Below are positions 56,896 through 64,000 of a stretch of DNA of 64,000 bases, piece after piece. The stretch's first letter is position 1. Every line of letters begins with the position of its first letter. Under the pieces are notes generated by a model. It saw nothing but the letters and a program-made list of their open reading frames with translations. It was not told the DNA's origin and did no database searches. The stretch spans positions 384,001 through 448,000 of the forward strand of contig CBDDDZ010000004.1 in the NCBI GenBank assembly GCA_965226795.1, written 5' to 3'. The position numbers and the translations under genes were made by a program. The DNA is from Candidatus Latescibacterota bacterium. Lineage in GTDB: Bacteria; Latescibacterota; UBA2968; GCA-2709665.

Positions 56896-58908
56896 GTGGA
56901 AGGCTCTCAAGCCCGAAGCCTGTGGAATCGGGCCGACCCACAACAACACGCGTCTTCGGAGAATCATCTCGCGTCTTCACGGGACGGTCTGACGTTGCGG
57001 GCTTTCCTGATCGGGCTCCTCCTCTGCGTGTTCCTTGGTGTCGCGCTGACGCACAACCGTATGGTCGTCCAGGGGCCCTTCATGGGCAGCTACTTTATGG
57101 ACCGGGGCGTGCTGTTCGTTTTCTTCGTCCTTGTTCTGGCCGTAAACCCCCTGGCGGCGGCCCTGAAGCGCCGATATGCGCTGGGGCGGGGCGAGTTGTT
57201 GGCCATCTACGTCATGTTGCTGTTTCTGATGCCGTCGTGGAAAATCACCAAGGCCCTGCTGGGCTTTATGACGGGCGTCACCTACTATGCCTCGCCGGAA
57301 ATGCGGCACCTGGAAGCCGTGTTGCCCAATGCCCTTCCGTGGCTGTCTATTCTGGATACGCAAGCGGTAAGGGGGCTGTACGACGGTCTTCCCGCCGGCG
57401 ACCCGGTGCCCTGGTGGACGTGGGTGGTTCCCCTGTGGAGCTGGGGGTCGTTCCTGGTGGTGTTGTACGTCGTTCTCATCTGCCTGGCGGTCCTGATGAG
57501 GAAGCAGTGGGAAGAGCACGAACGGTTTGCGTTTCCCATCATGCAGGTGCCGCTGGAGATGAGCGAGGCGGGCGCGCGAAAGGTGGGGCCCCTGTTCCGC
57601 AACAGGATGATGTGGGCTGGATTCGCGGTTCCGTTTCTGATCGGATTGTTGAACGGGCTTCAGAGGTACTACTACTCCCTGCCCCGGATTCCGCTGAGAA
57701 CGGTGATCTGGATCTTCCGCCGCGCGATTCCCTTGCATATCGGCCTTCATTTCGCGATCCTTGGGTACTCGTATTTCGTGAATACGGACGTGAGTCTGAG
57801 CATCTGGCTGTTCAACGTGATCGCCAAGTGCGTCAGCGGAATTCTGGCCATAGTGGGGGCGGAAACATACGGCGTTTCCGGGGTGGTGGGCCGGCACAGT
57901 TCCCAGGGATCGGAATTCCTGGCGATGATGGGCATGGGCTATATGCTCGCCCTGGCGGGGTACAGTCTGTGGATCGCCAGGGCGCACCTTCGCGAGGTGT
58001 GGGCCAGGGCGATGGGCCGCCCGTCACGCCTGGACGATTCGGACGAGGTGATCCCCTACCGCTCCGCGGTGGCCGGGATCGTTGCGGGGACCCTGTATCT
58101 CGGATGCTGGCTCTACCAGGCGGGCATCTCTCCCCATCTCGTCCTGCTGCTGGGCTTTTTCTGTTTTGTCGTCTTTCTGGTTCTCGCCCGAATCGTGAGC
58201 GAGACCGGTTATTCGGTGACCTACGCCCCGCTGAACCCGTCAGAGTTCGTGGTGTGCGCGGTGGGTTCCGCGGCGTTCAGCCCAACGGGGCTGACATCTC
58301 TTGGCGTCAGCTTCGCCTGGACGATGACCCGGCTGAATACGCTGTTGCCGCGGGCCTTCGGCGCACTCAGACTCGCACGGGAGATCGGCCGCAAGCGGGG
58401 GCTGGTCCTGGCGATGGGCGCCGCGCTGGCCGTCGGCCTCGCCACCGCAAGCTATACGACGCTTCAATTGGGATACGAGCACGGCGGCCGCAACCTGGAT
58501 TACTGGTTCAGGGACGTAAACGATTGCGCGCTGCCGTTCGACGAATACATCGGACGCCGGCTGCTCTCGCCGTCGCCAATCTTCTACCCGGGATATCTGT
58601 ACACGGCGCTGGGGGCCGCCGTTGTCGTCGTTCTGATGTCGCTCCGGTCGCGCCTCCCGTGGTGGCCGCTGCACCCGGTGGCGCTGCCGGTGAGTACGAT
58701 CGCCTTTACGCATAATTACTTTTTTAGCGTGTTTCTCGCCTGGGGAATCAAGGCGCTGGTGTTGCGGTTTGGAGGGGCCAACCTGTACAGGATGACCAAA
58801 CCGTTCTTCATGGGAATCATCTTGGGTGAGGCGGTCTGCCTGGGGATGTGGATCGTCATCGACAGCATAACCGGAAAAGTGGGCGGGATCTGGATCCTGC
58901 AACCCTGA
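56896..58908 (+). CDS. Polytopic membrane protein, DUF6785/DUF6784-type putative transporter
   Basis: LTLRAFLIG, RKQWEEHERFAFP, RIVSETG, WWPLHP, LRFGG..Y..KPFFMGIILG; many TM helices. Confidence 0.7.
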   Translation: MEGSQARSLWNRADPQQHASSENHLASSRDGLTLRAFLIGLLLCVFLGVALTHNRMVVQGPFMGSYFMDRGVLFVFFVLVLAVNPLAAALKRRYALGRGELLAIYVMLLFLMPSWKITKALLGFMTGVTYYASPEMRHLEAVLPNALPWLSILDTQAVRGLYDGLPAGDPVPWWTWVVPLWSWGSFLVVLYVVLICLAVLMRKQWEEHERFAFPIMQVPLEMSEAGARKVGPLFRNRMMWAGFAVPFLIGLLNGLQRYYYSLPRIPLRTVIWIFRRAIPLHIGLHFAILGYSYFVNTDVSLSIWLFNVIAKCVSGILAIVGAETYGVSGVVGRHSSQGSEFLAMMGMGYMLALAGYSLWIARAHLREVWARAMGRPSRLDDSDEVIPYRSAVAGIVAGTLYLGCWLYQAGISPHLVLLLGFFCFVVFLVLARIVSETGYSVTYAPLNPSEFVVCAVGSAAFSPTGLTSLGVSFAWTMTRLNTLLPRAFGALRLAREIGRKRGLVLAMGAALAVGLATASYTTLQLGYEHGGRNLDYWFRDVNDCALPFDEYIGRRLLSPSPIFYPGYLYTALGAAVVVVLMSLRSRLPWWPLHPVALPVSTIAFTHNYFFSVFLAWGIKALVLRFGGANLYRMTKPFFMGIILGEAVCLGMWIVIDSITGKVGGIWILQP

Positions 58909-59043
58909 GCGGGCGTCGGGCGGGCGTGGAACTGCGAGTTGCGGTGCAGACGGTGTACCATTCGAAGCAGAATGCGTCTCATCTGCCGCTGCCGATCGGT
59001 GATGGTTAAAGAAGGATCACCTGATCCGGAAAAGAACGCCTCA

Positions 59044-59481
59044 ATGCGCATTGCTCTGGATACCACACATCGTCGGCGCGTGCTATTCGTGGACCTGCAG
59101 GAGGTCGAGTCGCTCGATCGGGCCGAGCAGGTGTTCAACGCCGCCGCCAAATGTCCGCTTAACCCGATCCTCGCGCTGGGTCAGATCGATGAATGGGACG
59201 CCATGCAGGCGCGACCGTGGCCCGGCGGCGTGATGTACGACCCCGTGGGCAGTTGGGTCTCGGTAGAGATCCTGGACGCGGCTACCGGGCAACCGATTCC
59301 GGGATATGGCAAGGCGGACTGCCAGCGCATCCTAACCGATGCGGTACGTATTCCGGTGACCTGGCGGAAGCACCGGACGCTCGCGGGAGTGGAGGTCGAT
59401 CGGATTAAGTTGCGTCTTCGGCTGTATGGCCGCGCCAAGCTATACAGTTTTGCGTTCCAGGCTTCGAATGAGGCTAAGTGA
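59044..59481 (+). pseudogene. Internally deleted remnant of a propeller glycosidase-like gene (N- and C-termini fused in frame)
   Basis: VLFVD..NPIL..EWD..GGVMYDP is joined directly to VSVEILD..PIPGY..DC..VTW..IKLRLRL..AKLYSF. Confidence 0.6.
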
Positions 59482-59516
59482 GGACGGTCACCCCACGGAA
59501 GGAGAGTTGTGAAGAT

Positions 59517-60350
59517 ATGGACGCGGGAACTGAATTGGACAACCGGATGCAAAGCGAACTGAATCAGATGCGCGTCAACGGCTGGTGTGTCGTCAAGAAC
59601 GTCGTCCACCAGGACCGGGTCGCGGCCGTGAGAAAGAGCGTTATGGATGCCGTGCATCGGCACGCGAATGCCGACACTCTGGATGACAAAGGCATCGGCC
59701 ACGTCTCCGGATTCGTGGCCCGGGAGCAGTCGTTCGCGCCCTATGTGGCGGATTCTCGGGTCATGGGTGTCGTCAAGGGCATGTTAGGCGACCACGCCCG
59801 GATCTCATTCACGACGGCAACGGTGAATTTCCCCGGAAACCCGCGCGGCGTGTGGCACGCCGACTGGCCCTTCAACCAGAACAATGCCGGGCATATCACC
59901 GCACCTTATCCCGACGCGGTCATGCACCTCACCACGCTATGGATGCTCTCCCCTTTCAGTACGAAAAACGGAGGTACCCTCATTCTTCCCGGCAGTCACC
60001 GGTCGAATAACAATCCAAGCGGGGAGAACGGATTCGACCCGCTCGGCACGATTCCTGGCGAATGCAACGCGGAAGGCGACGCGGGAAGCGTGCTGATGCT
60101 GGACAGCCGGCTCTGGCACGCCACGGCGCCCAACCGATCCGACGCGCCGCGTGCGTCGGTCGTCATTCGCTACGCGCCCTGGTGGCTCGATACCGATGTC
60201 CTGATGCCCGGTTCCGACGAGCGGAAACTGATGTTGGAAGCAACCGGGTTGAATGCGCCCGAGGTCCCGCCAGTTCCCCAGGAAGTCTATGATACCATGC
60301 ATGAAAAGGTGAAACCCCTGTTCCGGCATTGGGTGAGATCAGAGAACTGA
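59517..60350 (+). CDS. Phytanoyl-CoA dioxygenase (PhyH) family Fe(II)/2OG oxygenase
   Basis: WHADWP (HxD), NGGTLILPGSH, LWHATAPN..R. Confidence 0.9.
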   Translation: MDAGTELDNRMQSELNQMRVNGWCVVKNVVHQDRVAAVRKSVMDAVHRHANADTLDDKGIGHVSGFVAREQSFAPYVADSRVMGVVKGMLGDHARISFTTATVNFPGNPRGVWHADWPFNQNNAGHITAPYPDAVMHLTTLWMLSPFSTKNGGTLILPGSHRSNNNPSGENGFDPLGTIPGECNAEGDAGSVLMLDSRLWHATAPNRSDAPRASVVIRYAPWWLDTDVLMPGSDERKLMLEATGLNAPEVPPVPQEVYDTMHEKVKPLFRHWVRSEN

Positions 60351-60379
60351 CGAAGAACGGCCACGGGCTCAATGACGTT

Positions 60380-60571
60380 CGCTGAGCTTGTCGAAGTGCC
60401 CACGTTTCGCTATCCTTCGAGACCCTTCGCCGACCCTTCGACATGCTCAGGGAGCGGCTCAGGGTGCAGACACGATAGCGGTTGTGGTGACGTTGCCTGT
60501 GCTGCCCGCACTGTTTACGCTGCCTGTGCTGAGCCTGTCGAAGCAAGCTTGTCGAAGCAAGCCTGTCGAAA
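60380..60571. repeat. Cluster of nested CTTCGACAxGCTCAG-type short repeats
   Basis: ctgagcttgtcgaag, cccttcgacatgctcaggg, ctgagcctgtcgaag, gcttgtcgaag, gcctgtcgaa in both orientations. Confidence 0.8.
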
Positions 60572-60601
60572 CATGCCAATCTTCTTTGGAGGTGCACCGA
60601 A

Positions 60602-61555
60602 ATGGGAGAGACAGCAACAAAAACCGAGTATACCGCGCCGAATCCCGGTTTCGGGTTCTCGGACGTCCCGCAGGCCGAACCCGACTATCCATTTCCGGCC
60701 CTGACGCTGGAGCAGCGGATGCGGTTCGAGTTGTTCGGATACACCATCGTCGAGGATCTGTTTACCGAACAGGAGTTGCAGTCCATAGAGGCGTCAGCCA
60801 ACAAGATGAAGGCGGAAATCCTGGACGCAGTAGGCGACAAGGAGATCACGCCGCCGCCGCCGCCGAAAAAATACGAAGACTTCAGGGACGGGGCGATCTG
60901 GCGGGCCAATCGAAGGAGGACGGCTTCGGGTGACTTGCACATCGAACGTCTGGAAATCGAGAACGTGCTGGGGCTGGACCCCATCTACCTGTCCGTGCTG
61001 ACCAGGCCGCGCGTCCTGGGGATCGCAACCGAACTGCTGGGCGGGACCTTCCGATTCCACCAGGTCGCCGTCCGCTTCAACCGGCGCTCCGAAACCCCCG
61101 TCCTGGGTTGGCACGGCGGGGTGACGCGGCACAAGGACCGGGCGGTTCGAAAAAATGGCTGGTTCCATACGCAGATCCTCGGCTTGATTCTCTACCTCAC
61201 GGACGTGGGGCCCGGTGACGGCGGTACCGGGATCTTTGCGGGAAGTCACAGACTCGACCTCTCATACGACGACCTTAAGCAATTCATCACGGACCATCCG
61301 GATTCCGAGTTCTTCCATCAGACCACGGCAAAGCGGGGGTCTGCGCTGCTGTTCGCCGACGGCCCGCTGATGCACCGCACCATCAATATCGAAACGGACA
61401 AGGAACGGCTCATCATGCTCTCGCGGCTGGTCCATTCAGACTACGAGTTCGGCGGCATGGAGTCACTCGGGCGGACCGACCACGTACCGCATGAGCTTAT
61501 GCCGCTGTTCTATGGACGGGCGTTCACGCCCAGATATCGACCCCGCGGGGAATAG
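60602..61555 (+). CDS. PhyH-family Fe(II)/2OG enzyme with HxG motif (candidate halogenase)
   Basis: FELFGY, GWHGG, YLTDVGPGDGGT..GSH, LMHRT..ER. Confidence 0.8.
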   Translation: MGETATKTEYTAPNPGFGFSDVPQAEPDYPFPALTLEQRMRFELFGYTIVEDLFTEQELQSIEASANKMKAEILDAVGDKEITPPPPPKKYEDFRDGAIWRANRRRTASGDLHIERLEIENVLGLDPIYLSVLTRPRVLGIATELLGGTFRFHQVAVRFNRRSETPVLGWHGGVTRHKDRAVRKNGWFHTQILGLILYLTDVGPGDGGTGIFAGSHRLDLSYDDLKQFITDHPDSEFFHQTTAKRGSALLFADGPLMHRTINIETDKERLIMLSRLVHSDYEFGGMESLGRTDHVPHELMPLFYGRAFTPRYRPRGE

Positions 61556-61573
61556 CACACGGAGGTAATACGG

Positions 61574-62851
61574 GTGGCAGCGAGTGTTCTCGAAGGGCCG
61601 AAGTGGTATTTGCCCCGAATCTGTGGGATCAATCCGACCGGTCCGCGGATTTCAGTCAAGGCCGGAGGCGCTGTGGACCTGCGTCTCGAGGTGGAGCCCT
61701 GTCAATGCCTCCCGACAGGGCAGGTCTGGCGGCGTCAGTCCGAGCCCATCCTGTCAGCAGCGACGACCCGTCAGGACTGGTGCCGCGTGCTCCTCTACAT
61801 GCCCTGCGTGCTGAAGGCGGACGGCATCTACAAGATGTGGTACGTGGGCAGTTCCGACCACGCGCGCAACCCTTCGTACATCCATCTCGGGTACGCCGTG
61901 TCCAAAGACGGGCTGCGCTGGGACCCGCAGCCGGATAATCCGATCGCCACCGACGATGCGATTCCGTGGGGCTGGCGTTTCCAGGCGCCGTACGTGCTCT
62001 ACGATCTGCAGGATAAGATATACAAGATGTGGTTTACGGCGGTGGATGAGAGCGACCGGGAGGGCAGTCCGTGGTTGAACCAGCGGGTGGGATACGGCGA
62101 GAGTCCCGACGGGATTTCATGGACGTTCCACCCGGAGCCGGTGCTGCGTACTGGGCGGCGTCCATGCGTGATGAAACAGGATGATGGGACGTACAGAATG
62201 TGGGTCAACGCCCCGTCTGCGGACACCCCGGATCTGAAGATGACCGAAAACATCATTTCGGCCCGGTCCGAGGACGGTCTGCATTGGGACACGGTGGGAG
62301 ACGCGGTTCGGTACGGCGGGATCTATCGCTCGTGCGTGTATCCCTTCGTGATGCGCGATCGGGACGAACTGGCGATGTGGTTCGGCGGTCACCGGGCGGG
62401 CGGCGCCTTCGACATTTCGTTCGGGCGCACCCGCGACGGCAGCACCTGGTACTACCAGAACGACGTGCCGACGTTTCCCCCGAACTCGCGCAGGGATGCG
62501 TTCGACGGCAGGTACACGTCCACCCCGCACGTATTGAAATTGCCGGGCAGATACCTGATGTACTATTCCGCGCGGGACCTGGACGACGGTTGGATCGCCC
62601 CGGACGGCTCGCGCCAGCGGGACAGCGACGGGGTGTATCGCCACGTCGGGTGCGCCGAATTGCCTGTCGACGAAGCTGAAGATCCGGGCCTCCGGTTTTC
62701 GTGGACATCGGACGGCAGGACGATGCCCGGAAACGGCAGTTCTTTGCGGTTTGAGGCAGACAGGGCGGGCAGACATTCGGTCACCTGCCGCGTGGAGAAT
62801 TCCAACGGTTCCGCGGCTTACACTTGGGAGGTGGATGTAGAAGATGGATAG
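61574..62851 (+). CDS. Five-bladed propeller glycosidase-like protein flanked by Ig/PKD-like segments
   Basis: Paralogue of 55833-56855 (TTRQDWCRV, GRRPCV, DGRYTSTP, YLMYYSARD, YRH); extra N- and C-terminal beta segments; GTG after ggagg. Confidence 0.7.
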   Translation: MAASVLEGPKWYLPRICGINPTGPRISVKAGGAVDLRLEVEPCQCLPTGQVWRRQSEPILSAATTRQDWCRVLLYMPCVLKADGIYKMWYVGSSDHARNPSYIHLGYAVSKDGLRWDPQPDNPIATDDAIPWGWRFQAPYVLYDLQDKIYKMWFTAVDESDREGSPWLNQRVGYGESPDGISWTFHPEPVLRTGRRPCVMKQDDGTYRMWVNAPSADTPDLKMTENIISARSEDGLHWDTVGDAVRYGGIYRSCVYPFVMRDRDELAMWFGGHRAGGAFDISFGRTRDGSTWYYQNDVPTFPPNSRRDAFDGRYTSTPHVLKLPGRYLMYYSARDLDDGWIAPDGSRQRDSDGVYRHVGCAELPVDEAEDPGLRFSWTSDGRTMPGNGSSLRFEADRAGRHSVTCRVENSNGSAAYTWEVDVEDG

Positions 62852-64000
62852 ACACGTAATCCTGGCTGCGGGCCGGCGCGCACGATGCGCGGTGGAGGTG
62901 CCTGCGAATCCCGAAGCCGCCGAAAAAACAGCCGGGGAAGAATTGGCGCGCTACCTGGGCAAGCTGGCCGGGGCGCCCATCGAGCTGCTTCAGGGGAAGA
63001 AAAGCCACGCGCCCGTAAGGATCCTGGTGGGGGCCAGAGCCAGGGAGGAGGCTTGCGACCTGCCGCTGGATGAGGTGCGTGATGACGGGTTTGTACTGCG
63101 GGTAACGCCGGACCGGATTGCACTGGCCGGTGCGAATGCCCGGGGCACGCTGTACGCCGCGTATGAGCTGATCGAGCGGCTGGGGGTGCGGTGGTACTGG
63201 CCGGGTCCCGAGGGTGAGTATGTGCCCGCGGCGGGGGACCTGTCGCTTGCCGAAGGGACGGCGGTGATCAACCCGTCCTTCCGGTTCCGGTTCCTCCGGT
63301 GCCTCTTCTCGGCGATGGTCGGGCTGGGCAAGTCCGGACTGTGGCAGCCCTTTTCGTCGCCCCGGCAGGAACAGTTGCTGGACTGGGGCGTGAAGAATCG
63401 GCTGAACGCCGGCTTCTGGCCCTTCGACGATCCGGACGTCACGTCCTTCTTCGGCAGGCGCGGCGGCGTGGCATGTGTGGACCACGCTCACGCCCTGCCT
63501 TATATGGTGCCGCCTGACCAATACTGGGAGTCGCACCCGGAATACTTTGCGGTCGACGAACACGGAGAGTTGTTCGAGAGGAGGGCGAACGAATACGGGA
63601 TACACGTGTGCAGGTCAAATCCCGATGTCCTGGACCTGGTGGTCCGGAAGGCCCTTGAGACGATGGAACGCAACCCGGATGCGGGCTTCGTGAGCATTTC
63701 CCAGGCGGACGGCCAGTTCCACTGCCGATGCCCGGCCTGCCTGTCGAAGTGTAACCAGGGATCTCTGGTATTTCTTGGCGAGGAGCAGATCATCCGGACC
63801 GATTGTATGGTGGACTTCGCCAACCGGGTGGCGGAACGGTTCTGCGAGCGTTGGCCGGACCGGAACCTCATGATTCTGGGACACCATCAGACGATTCCGC
63901 CGCCGACGATTGCCGTGCATCCGAACGTGATGGTCAAGCTGGCCTGTTCGCCGCATGGGTTCGTGTCGTTCAACCGGCCCCTCGAGGATCCCGCGGGGAA
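62844..64000 (+). CDS. DUF4838-type protein with GH20/GH67-like N-terminal domain, 3'-partial
   Basis: Own translation: AGEELARYL..DDGFVL..RGTLYAAYELIERLGVRWYWPG..NPSFRFR..HPEYFA..CRCPAC; missing from the ORF track because it has no stop in the window. Confidence 0.75.
   Translation, partial: MDRHVILAAGRRARCAVEVPANPEAAEKTAGEELARYLGKLAGAPIELLQGKKSHAPVRILVGARAREEACDLPLDEVRDDGFVLRVTPDRIALAGANARGTLYAAYELIERLGVRWYWPGPEGEYVPAAGDLSLAEGTAVINPSFRFRFLRCLFSAMVGLGKSGLWQPFSSPRQEQLLDWGVKNRLNAGFWPFDDPDVTSFFGRRGGVACVDHAHALPYMVPPDQYWESHPEYFAVDEHGELFERRANEYGIHVCRSNPDVLDLVVRKALETMERNPDAGFVSISQADGQFHCRCPACLSKCNQGSLVFLGEEQIIRTDCMVDFANRVAERFCERWPDRNLMILGHHQTIPPPTIAVHPNVMVKLACSPHGFVSFNRPLEDPAG

Noticed and set aside
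56877..58715. 612-aa Arg/Gly/Pro-rich ORF
   Set aside because: Alternative frame of the membrane protein at 56896-58908
60380..60571. Possible CRISPR array
   Set aside because: Repeats are degenerate, nested and in both orientations, with no regular unique spacers and no cas genes

Overview
GC-rich bacterial DNA with about 48 CDSs, mostly accessory catabolic genes. No rRNA, tRNA, CRISPR array or intact transposase was seen. The gene content includes a TPR/GWxTD-type protein, a C-terminal EF-hand/dockerin-like tag, a TonB receptor + T9SS-type CTD protein + PorV-like barrel, a DUF6785-type membrane protein, and many Gfo/Idh/MocA and PhyH paralogues. This suggests an FCB-group organism such as Latescibacterota/Gemmatimonadota-like (inference only). 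Layout: (1) 1-9.6 kb, + strand: sialidase, two class-III aminotransferases, amidohydrolase, beta-barrel, oxidoreductase, CocE hydrolase, psd. (2) 9.7-26.8 kb, mostly - strand: a DUF2341/LamG protein with an inserted 7-repeat propeller, a polyol dehydrogenase, a CPBP membrane protein (+), yiaK-like, and an operon of D-amino-acid lyase, 2-hydroxyacid dehydrogenase, RidA, SDR and 2-oxoacid dehydrogenase E1a/E1b/E2. (3) 27.1-64 kb, entirely + strand: glycan/small-molecule utilisation genes around a GntR-OMP-TBDR-CTD-PorV cassette, followed by propeller hydrolases, a putative transporter and two Fe/2OG oxygenases. Best leads: the SusD-less TBDR/T9SS-cargo/PorV uptake cassette; a PhyH enzyme with a halogenase-type H-G-G iron motif next to a canonical H-A-D paralogue; a 23-nt mobile micro-element seen present in one MITE copy and absent in the other; and propellers inserted inside beta-sandwich domains. 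Several genes are disrupted (two +1 frameshifts, a 209-bp tandem duplication, an internal deletion, a truncation), which may be real decay or assembly/sequencing error. All family calls are from motif recognition, not database searches.
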